The position numbers were made by a program, and so were the translations under genes. A DNA stretch of 64,000 nucleotides, from IMG/VR virus record IMGVR_UViG_3300033068_000943, positions 1-64,000 of that record; one strand, given 5' to 3'. This document shows positions 54,697-62,434 of this stretch, piece by piece; position 1 is the first letter of the stretch, and every line of letters begins with the position of its first letter. This stretch comes from a virus (lineage: Duplodnaviria; Caudoviricetes). Below the pieces are notes generated by a model. The model was given only the letters and a program-made list of their open reading frames with translations, ran no database searches and was not told the DNA's origin.

Positions 54697-55369
54697 ACAA
54701 GTCCTCCAGATTCCCGGCCAGCACGTCGGCGAGCCGCGCCTTGGCGCCAGTCTTGTGGTCGGTCACGATCTCGTCTCGCACCCGGTACGTGCGGGTCTTA
54801 TCGCCGCGCATGCCTGAGCCCACCTGCCCCTTGCGATCCGATGCCGTGGCGAGGGCCGTCTGCTGCGCAACATGCGCCGCCACGCGGCCCTCAAGCGTCT
54901 CTCGCGCGATCTGGCGGTTGCGATGCTGCGACTTCGTGGCCGCCTTGGCCTCGATCCCTGTTGGCTTGTGTCGCATCACCACACACGATTCGGTCTTGTT
55001 TCGATGCTGGCCACCCGGCCCGCTGTCCATTGTCGTTCGCACCTCGATGTCTGCATCCCGCAGCCGGTACGCCGATCGCTCGCGCAACGCGAACACCGCG
55101 ACAGTGACGGTCGATGTGTGCACGCGCCCGGAGCGTTCCGTTGGGGGCACCCGTTGCCAGCGATGGCCGCCGCTCTCATTCAGCAGGCGCTTGGCGGCAA
55201 GATCATCCCCCTCGATGATCAGGACCAGTCAACTGCGGCCTTCGTCCTCGACATCGACGACCAATCCGTGTCGACGCGCATAGGCAAGATAGATAGCCGC
55301 CTGATCTCGAACCAAGAGCTTGGCGTCGTCGCCGCCCTCGCCGGGCCGGATTTCAATTGCGATTTTCAT
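54689..55369 (-). CDS. RF1-like peptide chain release factor lacking domain 1, with in-frame TGA at codon 47 (55229-55231)
   Basis: MKIAIEIRPGEGGDDAK..EGRS*LVLIIEG..ESGGHRWQRVPPTERSGRVHTS..SGPGGQHRNKTES..SQHRNR..GSGMRGDKTRTY..VTDH, all in one frame. Confidence 0.85.
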
Positions 55370-55557
55370 CGAACAGTCCTTTCCATGCGGGCCAGCTCGC
55401 GCATCACGGCATCCCGGACGACATCGGATTTGCTTACGAACTCGGGACGCGCGAGTGACGCCCTGAGTGCCCGGATACGCTCAATGGCACGAGCGAACTC
55501 GTCGTCCGACCGCATCATGAACGTCTTTGTGAGAAGCTTAGGTTTTGTGTTTGCCAT
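55366..55557 (-). CDS. Ribbon-helix-helix (CopG/Arc-like) regulator
   Basis: TFMMRSDDEFARAIERIR..SKSDVVRDAV; ATGA coupling to the RF start. Confidence 0.65.
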   Translation of the reverse strand: MANTKPKLLTKTFMMRSDDEFARAIERIRALRASLARPEFVSKSDVVRDAVMRELARMERTVR

Positions 55558-55566
55558 GGCCACAGC

Positions 55567-55595
55567 TATGTACTCCACGTCATGACGTCTTGCAA
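55567..55595 (-). promoter_or_regulatory. Sigma70-like promoter with palindrome in the spacer
   Basis: TTGCAA-N17-TACATA; spacer contains the perfect palindrome ACGTCATGACGT (55577-55588). Confidence 0.55.
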
Positions 55596-55649
55596 GGGGC
55601 GCGAAGCCTTTTCCGCACTCCCGACTTTGCGGTGAATTATTTCTTCATG

Positions 55650-55683
55650 GCGTATTGACGTGATGCACGCGGCCGACTATATT
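55650..55683 (+). promoter_or_regulatory. Early sigma70-like promoter, copy 1
   Basis: TTGACG-N17-TATATT; 19/20 nt shared with 57826-57845. Confidence 0.7.
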
Positions 55684-55712
55684 CCAATCACACGACACGG
55701 CAGGAGGAACCA

Positions 55713-56054
55713 GTGACCAAGGAAATCAAGAGCATGCGCGGAAGCTGGAAGGTGATCGACAGCGGCACCATCCAATTCGACATCCGCGACGAGAAGGGGC
55801 GCCGCGTCGGCTATTGGTGGCAGATCGCCGAGCTGGAAATGCTGCCCTACGACAAGAGCAAGGCCAACTACGGCGGATACTATCAAGAGCCCGGCATCTA
55901 CATCGAGGTTAGCGCCCAGGCGACCCGCAACGATGAGCCCTACGGCGCATCGAACAGAGCGAAGGAGTTCAAGACGATCGCGGAAGCCAAAGCCGAGATC
56001 GAGCGGCAGGCCGCAGCCTGCGAGAAGCGGTACGCCAAGAAGTACGGGACATAA
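55713..56054 (+). CDS. Early hypothetical protein
   Basis: AGGAGG SD; GTG start. Confidence 0.7.
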   Translation: MTKEIKSMRGSWKVIDSGTIQFDIRDEKGRRVGYWWQIAELEMLPYDKSKANYGGYYQEPGIYIEVSAQATRNDEPYGASNRAKEFKTIAEAKAEIERQAAACEKRYAKKYGT

Positions 56055-56056
56055 CG

Positions 56057-56089
56057 GCATTGATGCGGGGCACCGCCCCGCATCAATGC
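56057..56089. other. Perfect 15-bp intergenic hairpin
   Basis: GCATTGATGCGGGGC-ACC-GCCCCGCATCAATGC; no U tract. Confidence 0.6.
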
Positions 56090-56109
56090 GCCAGCAAAAG
56101 GAGGACCAC

Positions 56110-56472
56110 ATGACGACCATAAAGACCAAGCGCGCCGACGTTGCCCCGCTCGTCGCCGCGACGTTCCCGGACTACAAGGGGCGCAAGATCACGGTGCAGC
56201 CGGCCACGTCGGTCATGCTGCACAGCTTGAATTGGGACGGCGGCAGCCGGAGCCAATACAGGACGTGCAGCACGGACGGGGCGCCGATCGGCTCTGCCGA
56301 CAGATACAACGCCATGGCGCCGTGGGCCAACCCCGCCGAAGGCCAGAACATTCCGGTTCCGCAAGGCGCCGTCGTGGTCCGGCACTCGATCTTCTCCGGC
56401 AAGGATGCAGGGCTCACGATCTACATCAACCCCGCCGATATGCCGGCATGGCTCGAAAACAACGGAGGCTGA
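56110..56472 (+). CDS. Early conserved hypothetical protein
   Basis: AGGAGG SD; ATFPDYKGRK..WDGGSRSQY..HSIFSGKDAGLTIYINP. Confidence 0.75.
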   Translation: MTTIKTKRADVAPLVAATFPDYKGRKITVQPATSVMLHSLNWDGGSRSQYRTCSTDGAPIGSADRYNAMAPWANPAEGQNIPVPQGAVVVRHSIFSGKDAGLTIYINPADMPAWLENNGG

Positions 56473-56473
56473 C

Positions 56474-56638
56474 GTGAGACTCGAACTGGTCAATTCCCTC
56501 GGGTGCGTCATCGACACCATCACGGACCCCGACAAGATCTCCGCATTCCAGCGCGCCATGGATCACTGGGCGCGCTACCTGTCTCGCGGCGATGAGATCC
56601 GCGTCATCAGCACCATCGACGACGAGGACGACCAATGA
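56474..56638 (+). CDS. Early hypothetical protein
   Basis: GGAGG SD; GTG start; coupled downstream. Confidence 0.55.
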   Translation: MRLELVNSLGCVIDTITDPDKISAFQRAMDHWARYLSRGDEIRVISTIDDEDDQ

Positions 56639-56883
56639 ACGCGACCACGAAGCGGTTGCGGGCCGCCGTCCGCCACATTCCCGGCGCATGGGTCCGCAAC
56701 TACGGCGGCGGCAAGGCATGGTGCGGCGTGAGGGGCGAATTCGTCCCCTGGAGCGTCGGCGGCGAGCCAATGCTTCGCGCCAAGGCCGCGCTCGAAGCCG
56801 CCGGCTTCCGTTGCGCTCTCAACGGGCGCCCCGGATCGTCCGGGGAGAACACCATCGATGTGGACTACGGAGAACCGCAATGA
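56635..56883 (+). CDS. Early hypothetical protein
   Basis: GAGGA SD; ATGA overlaps on both sides. Confidence 0.6.
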   Translation: MNATTKRLRAAVRHIPGAWVRNYGGGKAWCGVRGEFVPWSVGGEPMLRAKAALEAAGFRCALNGRPGSSGENTIDVDYGEPQ

Positions 56884-57089
56884 AGGAAGTGCAACTCGCC
56901 CACGAAAAATCCGAATGGGCCTATGCGGTCTACCTGATGACCGACGAGGGGTGCGCCGAGTCTCACCGCTACGAATACGACAAGGACAAGCCGCACACGA
57001 TCGGCGCCGCGCGCGCCGATGCGACTGCCAAATACAAGCAACTCATCCGGAACAACCCCGACGCAACATCTTACAACGATGCCCACTAG
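56880..57089 (+). CDS. Early hypothetical protein
   Basis: GGAG SD; MKEVQLAHEKSEW. Confidence 0.6.
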   Translation: MKEVQLAHEKSEWAYAVYLMTDEGCAESHRYEYDKDKPHTIGAARADATAKYKQLIRNNPDATSYNDAH

Positions 57090-57102
57090 GAGCGCCCGCG
57101 CC

Positions 57103-57306
57103 ATGCAGGACATCCTCGACAGACACGCTATCATGTTCGCGTTGAGGGTTGCGCGCGACAAGTACCGCGCCCTTGCAGCCACCGCCGAACAGAATTCCAG
57201 CGACGCTGCCGATATCTTTCATGGCGAGGCCAACACTTTCGACGAGCTGCTTCGTCGCGTGCAAGACCCGCATAGCAAAGTGATCATTACGACCGCGGCC
57301 GAATAG
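57103..57306 (+). CDS. Early hypothetical protein
   Basis: AGGAG SD; MQDILDRHAIMFAL. Confidence 0.55.
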   Translation: MQDILDRHAIMFALRVARDKYRALAATAEQNSSDAADIFHGEANTFDELLRRVQDPHSKVIITTAAE

Positions 57307-57335
57307 CCATCGTCCGCCACAACAGGAGACTGACC

Positions 57336-57656
57336 ATGACCACTAAGATCATCGGCGGCAAGCGCTACTCCACCGCAGAGGCGCGGCTCATCGCCGGCTA
57401 CGACAACGGGCTCAGCGCATCCGACTTCAAACACTTCGAGGAAGAGCTGTACGTCACGGAGAAAGGAAACTGGTTCACGTGCGGCAGCGGCGGCCCGCTT
57501 TCGCCATACGCCGTGTCGACCGGAAACAACTCGTGGGCCGGCTCGTCTGACGTGATCCGCACGATGACGCCCTACGAGGCGCGGGCGTGGCTGGAACGCT
57601 ACGGCGAGACGGAAGCGCTCGAAGCATACTTCGCCGACACGATCGAAGATGCGTAA
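57336..57656 (+). CDS. Early conserved hypothetical protein
   Basis: AGGAG SD; KIIGGKRYST..EELYVTEKGNWF..GSGGPLSPYA..EARAWLE..IEDA. Confidence 0.75.
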   Translation: MTTKIIGGKRYSTAEARLIAGYDNGLSASDFKHFEEELYVTEKGNWFTCGSGGPLSPYAVSTGNNSWAGSSDVIRTMTPYEARAWLERYGETEALEAYFADTIEDA

Positions 57657-57678
57657 CATCAGCATCCGCCATACCAAC

Positions 57679-57705
57679 GAGGCCGGCGGTCAACCCGCCG
57701 GCCTC
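57679..57705 (+). terminator. Hairpin after the first early cluster
   Basis: GAGGCCGGCGG/CCGCCGGCCTC 11-bp stem; weak U tract. Confidence 0.45.
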
Positions 57706-57825
57706 TAAATGCTTGCAGACACCGGCCGTAGGCCCACGCATCTACTCGCTGGCGCTCCTTAGACAAGACCTCCGGCGCCGCGTCAAGGCGCCCACCGCGA
57801 GATGTGTGGATATTTTATCATGATT

Positions 57826-57860
57826 GCGTATTGACGCGATGCACGTTTGCACTTATTTAT
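57826..57860 (+). promoter_or_regulatory. Early sigma70-like promoter, copy 2
   Basis: GCGTATTGACGCGATGCACG; TTGACG-N17-TATTTA. Confidence 0.6.
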
Positions 57861-57892
57861 AAGGAGCCGACGACCGAACAAAGGACCAGCAC

Positions 57893-58174
57893 ATGGCACG
57901 CACCCGCGCAACTATCACAGCCGGCAACAAGACGATGCGGGCGACCACTGTTTTGGCCATGATGCGGGCAGCAGCGTTCCGCCGTGGTTTCGAGGATGTG
58001 AAGCGCGGCAGGCCGTTTGCGCTCGACGCCTTCGATATCGACAACCATTGGCAGTACGAGCGCGGGCGCCAGTTTGCCTGCATTTTCGACGGTCAACTCA
58101 AGGTCGGCCGGAGGGTGACGCGCGCGGCGCATGAAGCATATTGCGCCGCTCGCAAGGCCAAAATCATCCTTTGA
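57893..58174 (+). CDS. Early hypothetical protein
   Basis: AAGGA SD; FRRGFEDVKRGRPF..WQYERGRQFA. Confidence 0.65.
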   Translation: MARTRATITAGNKTMRATTVLAMMRAAAFRRGFEDVKRGRPFALDAFDIDNHWQYERGRQFACIFDGQLKVGRRVTRAAHEAYCAARKAKIIL

Positions 58175-58222
58175 CGGCGTTGCACTACATTCGGCTGCCC
58201 GCGTGATCGACAGGAGAACCCG

Positions 58223-58465
58223 ATGACCTTCGCCGCATGGCTTGATACGTTTGTTGCCGAGAAAGGAATCGACACGGAAGCGCTGCTTGAAGTCGAAGGC
58301 GCGTCCGGACTCAACATCATCCCGGTCTGCGTGGTGCTTTCCGCGATGAAGGCGGCCTCGGCGCGCGAGCAGGGCGCCATCAAGGCGATGATCGTCCGCA
58401 TCGATTTCGCCAACCGCCCCGTGCTTCCCTACTTCAAACATCTGGCGCAAGCCATCGCGATCTGA
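58223..58465 (+). CDS. Early conserved hypothetical protein
   Basis: AGGAG SD; WLDTFVAEKGID..IDFAN..YFKHLA. Confidence 0.7.
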   Translation: MTFAAWLDTFVAEKGIDTEALLEVEGASGLNIIPVCVVLSAMKAASAREQGAIKAMIVRIDFANRPVLPYFKHLAQAIAI

Positions 58466-58507
58466 GGAATGCATCATGCCCGTCTGGATTGAAGTCACGG
58501 TGCAGCG

Positions 58508-58822
58508 ATGAACCAAAAAGCGGCGTGGAAGGCCATGAGCCTGGAGAGCGCGGGCGCACAAGCCCGCGCCGAGGCCGATGCTGGCGGGCTGATCCGCGTC
58601 ATCGAAGGTGAGACACCCCATTCGGGAGACGCCACCATCATCTGGAGCAATCACCCCGGCGACATGCGGGATCGCATCAAGGCCCTCGAATCCGCCCTGA
58701 TCGCGATCAACGAGGTCGCGACGGATGCCGGGAACGACGCGCGCCACACCAAGCCCGAACGGTTTGCGTTCCGCGCCATCGGCGCGACAATCCGGCGCGA
58801 GATGAAAAAGGTCGGGCTGTAG
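58508..58822 (+). CDS. Hypothetical protein
   Basis: ORF in the early cluster; start uncertain. Confidence 0.5.
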   Translation: MNQKAAWKAMSLESAGAQARAEADAGGLIRVIEGETPHSGDATIIWSNHPGDMRDRIKALESALIAINEVATDAGNDARHTKPERFAFRAIGATIRREMKKVGL

Positions 58823-58865
58823 ATCGTGCCCGAGCGCCCACGCAACAGAACCCCTGAGGCTACCC

Positions 58866-59102
58866 ATGACCGACCGCACTTGGATTGCCCGCGCCATCCC
58901 CTGCTATGCCCACGAGCTTGCCGACACGATTGACGCTCGCCGCAGCCTTGTCGCCAAGCTGGAGCGCGTCGTTATCGAGGAAGAGCGCCGGAACGACACC
59001 GGCCACTGGGCTTACGATCACGCTCGCCACAACGCCTTGCGCCGCGCCCTTCACGATGAGCGCGCGGCACTGGAGCGCATTATAGACGAGATGCATCATT
59101 GA
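58866..59102 (+). CDS. Hypothetical protein (GHWAYD..RH family)
   Basis: GAGG SD; ERR..GHWAYDHARHNAL..ERAAL. Confidence 0.65.
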   Translation: MTDRTWIARAIPCYAHELADTIDARRSLVAKLERVVIEEERRNDTGHWAYDHARHNALRRALHDERAALERIIDEMHH

Positions 59103-59296
59103 CGATTCGGTAACTAACGGATGCTTCACGTATCTGATGTTCATTCGGCCGGCGACCCTCGTCGAGACCATCGTCGAGGAAACCCTGATCGACAGCGCGC
59201 TGGACGATTTTCCCGCTGTTCCGCCAAGGCGAGCTGGGCAGAACCATCCTCGACACCCTCAGACGCCTCGGAGGGTCCGCCAGCGCCCCGGAGATC

Positions 59297-59425
59297 GTCA
59301 CGGATCGCCTTTGGGATGTGTCGGACATCGTTGCGTTGATCGAGGCGAAGGAGGCAGCCGAAGCGACAAAGGTTCGCGGACCGTACAAGAAAAGGCCGCT
59401 TCAAATTTCAAACTGACCCACTACC
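59297..59425 (+). mobile_element. IS1-family remnant (transposase C-terminus + right end)
   Basis: VTDRLWDVSDIVALIEA..RGPYKKR..ISN* followed by a TTTCAAACTGACCCACTACC end resembling alphaproteobacterial IS1-type termini. Confidence 0.6.
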
Positions 59426-59854
59426 CTACACTCATAGCGAAAAACGCCATCTTAACGCCGATTTGCTAGAGTGATATTGCACGCCGAATTCAAGCGGCGC
59501 CTTGACGAGTGCGCCAGCAAAGGGCTGGTGGACTTCAAAGTCCATGACTACACGTGACCGCAATATGTCAACGCTGGACCTCGTCTGGTCGGTGAATAAC
59601 GCTCTGCGTCTTTCCGCTGCGGGAAAGGGCACAAGGAAACGCATTAGCTGCCGCTGATTACAAAGAGTATTGCTCTTTATTCGCTGCCGGATGTTCTGGG
59701 GGGTGGGAGAAGGCTATTGTTTAAGCTCCAAGACATTCTGGAAATTTACTGCGACGTTGAAGAGGCACTTAGCCAGTATCCTCCTTCAATTAGTGACGCC
59801 TTTCCTCGCGGGGCCGTTAAATTGGGCAGCCTGCTTAAAGGCTATATCATTGGT

Positions 59855-59892
59855 CCGGCCCTTTCTCTACGACCTAACTAGGTTGTCTCGCG
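59855..59892. repeat. 38-bp gene-junction repeat, copy 1
   Basis: 35/38 identical to 60730-60767. Confidence 0.85.
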
Positions 59893-60166
59893 CCCATTCG
59901 ACAAGGCCGCGCGTAAATGCCTCAAACTCGTCCTCGCCCATCACCGTCGTTCGGTCGTCGCGACCGTCTCTAGGTCGGGTCCATCCATCGGCCCGGCTGC
60001 TGCTGATCGCAATCCCGCCACGGGACATGATATCAACAACGTCGTGGCGGTTCAGTCGCAGGCTGATCCGAACGCGCTGAAACCAGCGCGAAAATCTGTA
60101 ATCAATTACGTCCACCTGACCTCCGACCTTGTCCGTGCTTATCGTGCCTTTAAATTTGCGCGCCAT
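59867..60166 (-). CDS. DUF1456/YehS-like protein
   Basis: RVRISLRLNRHDVVDIM..ISSSRADGW.R..EFEAFTRGLV. Confidence 0.45.
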   Translation of the reverse strand: MARKFKGTISTDKVGGQVDVIDYRFSRWFQRVRISLRLNRHDVVDIMSRGGIAISSSRADGWTRPRDGRDDRTTVMGEDEFEAFTRGLVEWARDNLVRS

Positions 60167-60208
60167 GGCGGGGCCCTCGTTGTTGCTTCTGGTGTTACTG
60201 AGAAGCGG

Positions 60209-60424
60209 TCATTCTGCCGGTTCCATTTCGACGTTCGCGCGGAGCCTCGGCCTAAGCGTGCCACCGGGCTGATCGACCGCCCATGTCACGAGAACGACCT
60301 TCCAAGTTTTGCGCTCTATGTTGACAAATTCGCCCTTTCGAGGCACGGCGGTCGATCCGCCGACCGAGACGATTAGCCCGCCGTCCTTCCTGTAGAACTC
60401 GACACTTGTCCGATCTCGCTCCAT
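60209..60424 (-). CDS. Hypothetical protein
   Basis: VPRKGEFVNIE..WKV..VTW; GAGG SD. Confidence 0.55.
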   Translation of the reverse strand: MERDRTSVEFYRKDGGLIVSVGGSTAVPRKGEFVNIERKTWKVVLVTWAVDQPGGTLRPRLRANVEMEPAE

Positions 60425-60472
60425 GTCCGCTTTTTCCTCAAAGCGCCCAGACGGGCGGCCCTTTCTGTGATG

Positions 60473-60727
60473 TCAGAATTCTGCTGCGATCTGCCGCGCG
60501 CGATCCGCGTTTTCAATGTCCCGGATAGCGTCGGCCCACGCATCGCGGATGGCCTGCGCCGCGCTCTCCATCATCACGCGGCCGAAGTCCTTGCGCCCGT
60601 GCTCGTCCACGTTTGGGAATATCTCTGGCGCGTAGGTTTCAAGCATGATCGCCGTCTGCTCCAGGCCGCGCAGCGCTTTGATGGCGGCGCGGGCGCTGTC
60701 GTCTTTGAATTGTTCAGTCACGGCCAT
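60473..60727 (-). CDS. Hypothetical protein
   Basis: AAAGGG SD supplied by the junction repeat. Confidence 0.6.
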   Translation of the reverse strand: MAVTEQFKDDSARAAIKALRGLEQTAIMLETYAPEIFPNVDEHGRKDFGRVMMESAAQAIRDAWADAIRDIENADRARQIAAEF

Positions 60728-60729
60728 AG

Positions 60730-60767
60730 CCGGCCCTTTCTCTACGATCTATCTAGGTTGTCGCGCG
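60730..60767. repeat. 38-bp gene-junction repeat, copy 2
   Basis: 35/38 identical to 59855-59892. Confidence 0.85.
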
Positions 60768-60990
60768 TATCTTTTGTTGCTTCGGGTTTGTCGTCTTGGA
60801 ATGGTGAGTTTTCATCCATCGTCAGCACTTCAACGGACGTTCGCAGTCCCGACACGCGTCCGTTGTAGTATTCGCGAACCATTTCACTCTTGGACAGGCG
60901 GGCCATCTCCGCGTCCGCCGCCAGCAGCGCCCGCAGGATGCTAACGACGGACGCTCTCGGTATATCGCTCACGGCTGCTCTCCCATCCAT
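60742..60990 (-). CDS. Hypothetical protein
   Basis: GGAGG SD; ends RDNLDRS*. Confidence 0.55.
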   Translation of the reverse strand: MDGRAAVSDIPRASVVSILRALLAADAEMARLSKSEMVREYYNGRVSGLRTSVEVLTMDENSPFQDDKPEATKDTRDNLDRS

Positions 60991-61009
60991 TCGGCCTCCG
61001 TTGCGAGAA

Positions 61010-61210
61010 TTAATCGATGATCATGTTCCACACCTTGTCGCCGTTCTTCACGTAGGCGCATCGATGCGTAGGGTCTGCGTTCGGGTAGGTGCTCGTAAAC
61101 AGGACAAGGTCGCCGCCGTTAGATGCCGTTGGTTCAATCCTGTAAACCTCGATTGCCTCTATGCGGCTCGTCCGGACAATTTCAGCGTATACGTCGAGAC
61201 GCGATTTCAT
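61010..61210 (-). CDS. Hypothetical protein
   Basis: GGAGG SD; flanked by 21-bp direct repeats. Confidence 0.6.
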   Translation of the reverse strand: MKSRLDVYAEIVRTSRIEAIEVYRIEPTASNGGDLVLFTSTYPNADPTHRCAYVKNGDKVWNMIID

Positions 61211-61234
61211 GATGGCCGGCCTCCGTTGTGAGAA

Positions 61235-61927
61235 TTATTCGACCGTCCCGAACAGCGAAACAGTCCGTTCACGCTTGATATCGCCGCGCCGACGTTTCGG
61301 GCTATTGACGCGCTTTGCCATGCAGTGCGCGCAGCCGGTGGCGATGCCGTAATTTTGCGCGACGTTGGTACTGTCGGCCGACGCCAGAGGATAGTTGGCA
61401 ATGTGACCGAGCATCCGCAAACCATGTAGCCACGGAAGATTCGAGTGCTTTCGGCTGACGTGGGAAAACACGTCGTCCATCCGCGCAAGCCACGACTCGG
61501 ACCCTATCTCCCAATAGGCGCCAGCAGAGCCCAGGCATACGCCTGCGGGCCATTCGTCTATCAACTCGTCAAGGTAGTCGAACGGCTTGTCGAGATGCCA
61601 CACGGGCCACGACAGAGAGCGCGAAAACGGCCATCGAGCGGTCATCTCGCGTTGTTCCGAAACGTCGCCACCGATCTTGTCCAGAACAACGGCGCGATGT
61701 GGATGGCGCAACCGTGGCTCAAGCCAAGAGTATAGCGATAGCTCGTCGAGCACACGCCCCTTGGTGAAAGCCGAGAACGCTCCATTGTCCCATAAGACAC
61801 TTTGCCCGAACGCTTCGCAGAACTCGGCGTCGCGCGGCTCCGCGAACGACACGCAGAAGTTCTGCCCGGTCATCCGGTACAGTTGCGCCTTCGGCGTGAC
61901 TGGTGTCCCGTGGTAGCAGATCGTCAC
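61235..61927 (-). CDS. TGT/DpdA-like transglycosylase-fold protein
   Basis: LWDNGAFS; VVLDKIGGD; PVWH; VCLGS; HGL; PLASADST. Confidence 0.6.
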   Translation of the reverse strand: MTICYHGTPVTPKAQLYRMTGQNFCVSFAEPRDAEFCEAFGQSVLWDNGAFSAFTKGRVLDELSLYSWLEPRLRHPHRAVVLDKIGGDVSEQREMTARWPFSRSLSWPVWHLDKPFDYLDELIDEWPAGVCLGSAGAYWEIGSESWLARMDDVFSHVSRKHSNLPWLHGLRMLGHIANYPLASADSTNVAQNYGIATGCAHCMAKRVNSPKRRRGDIKRERTVSLFGTVE

Positions 61928-62184
61928 GGCGCCACCACCGTTGTCTTGACGCCGGAATGGTAGCCGACAGTTGTTACCTTGCAGCGCAGATCGCGCGCTA
62001 GGCTCGCGGTGATTGCCTCTTGATAGACGCGCTCCGTGGCGAGTTTGCCGATGGCTGCGAGGATTTCCTCACAGCGGATCGTGTCATCGCTCTCAAACGT
62101 GGCCTCGTAAACATCCGCGCCGCCATCAACCGGGCACTGGGCAACGATCCGTGTTTCATATCTGCACTGCATGGCCGGCCTCAT
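61924..62184 (-). CDS. Minimal QueF-like (T-fold) protein
   Basis: AQCPVDGGADVY..CEEI..YQEAITASLA..GYHSGV; coupled to the DpdA-like gene. Confidence 0.55.
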   Translation of the reverse strand: MRPAMQCRYETRIVAQCPVDGGADVYEATFESDDTIRCEEILAAIGKLATERVYQEAITASLARDLRCKVTTVGYHSGVKTTVVAP

Positions 62185-62396
62185 TTGCTCGATGTCGTTC
62201 CAGCCAATACTGCGGCGCCAATCTCAAACTGACGGATCACGTCGTCGAGGACACCCGCAAGGCACTTTTGCTCGTCACCTGCCCGCCCTCCGATCTTCTG
62301 CGCTAGCGCGTGCGAGACAAGAGAGAGCTTTTTCAGCGCGATCAACTCAATTCCATTTAGGCCGACAGATACGTGCGTCTTGGTTGCAATGTCCAT
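62181..62396 (-). CDS. Hypothetical protein
   Basis: AGGGG SD; MDIATKTHVSVGLNG. Confidence 0.55.
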   Translation of the reverse strand: MDIATKTHVSVGLNGIELIALKKLSLVSHALAQKIGGRAGDEQKCLAGVLDDVIRQFEIGAAVLAGTTSSK

Positions 62397-62434
62397 TCTG
62401 GCCGGCCCCTGTTGAATGGTTCGCAGCAGCCCGG

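Noticed and set aside
55200-55260. prfB-type +1 frameshift in the RF gene
   Set aside because: No CTT-TGA slippery site, and RF homology continues in the same frame after the TGA.
59432-59854. ORFs in the AT-richer patch (59432-59644 minus; 59670-60080 plus)
   Set aside because: No SD or recognisable motifs; the ATG after the junction repeat is followed at once by a stop; likely debris.
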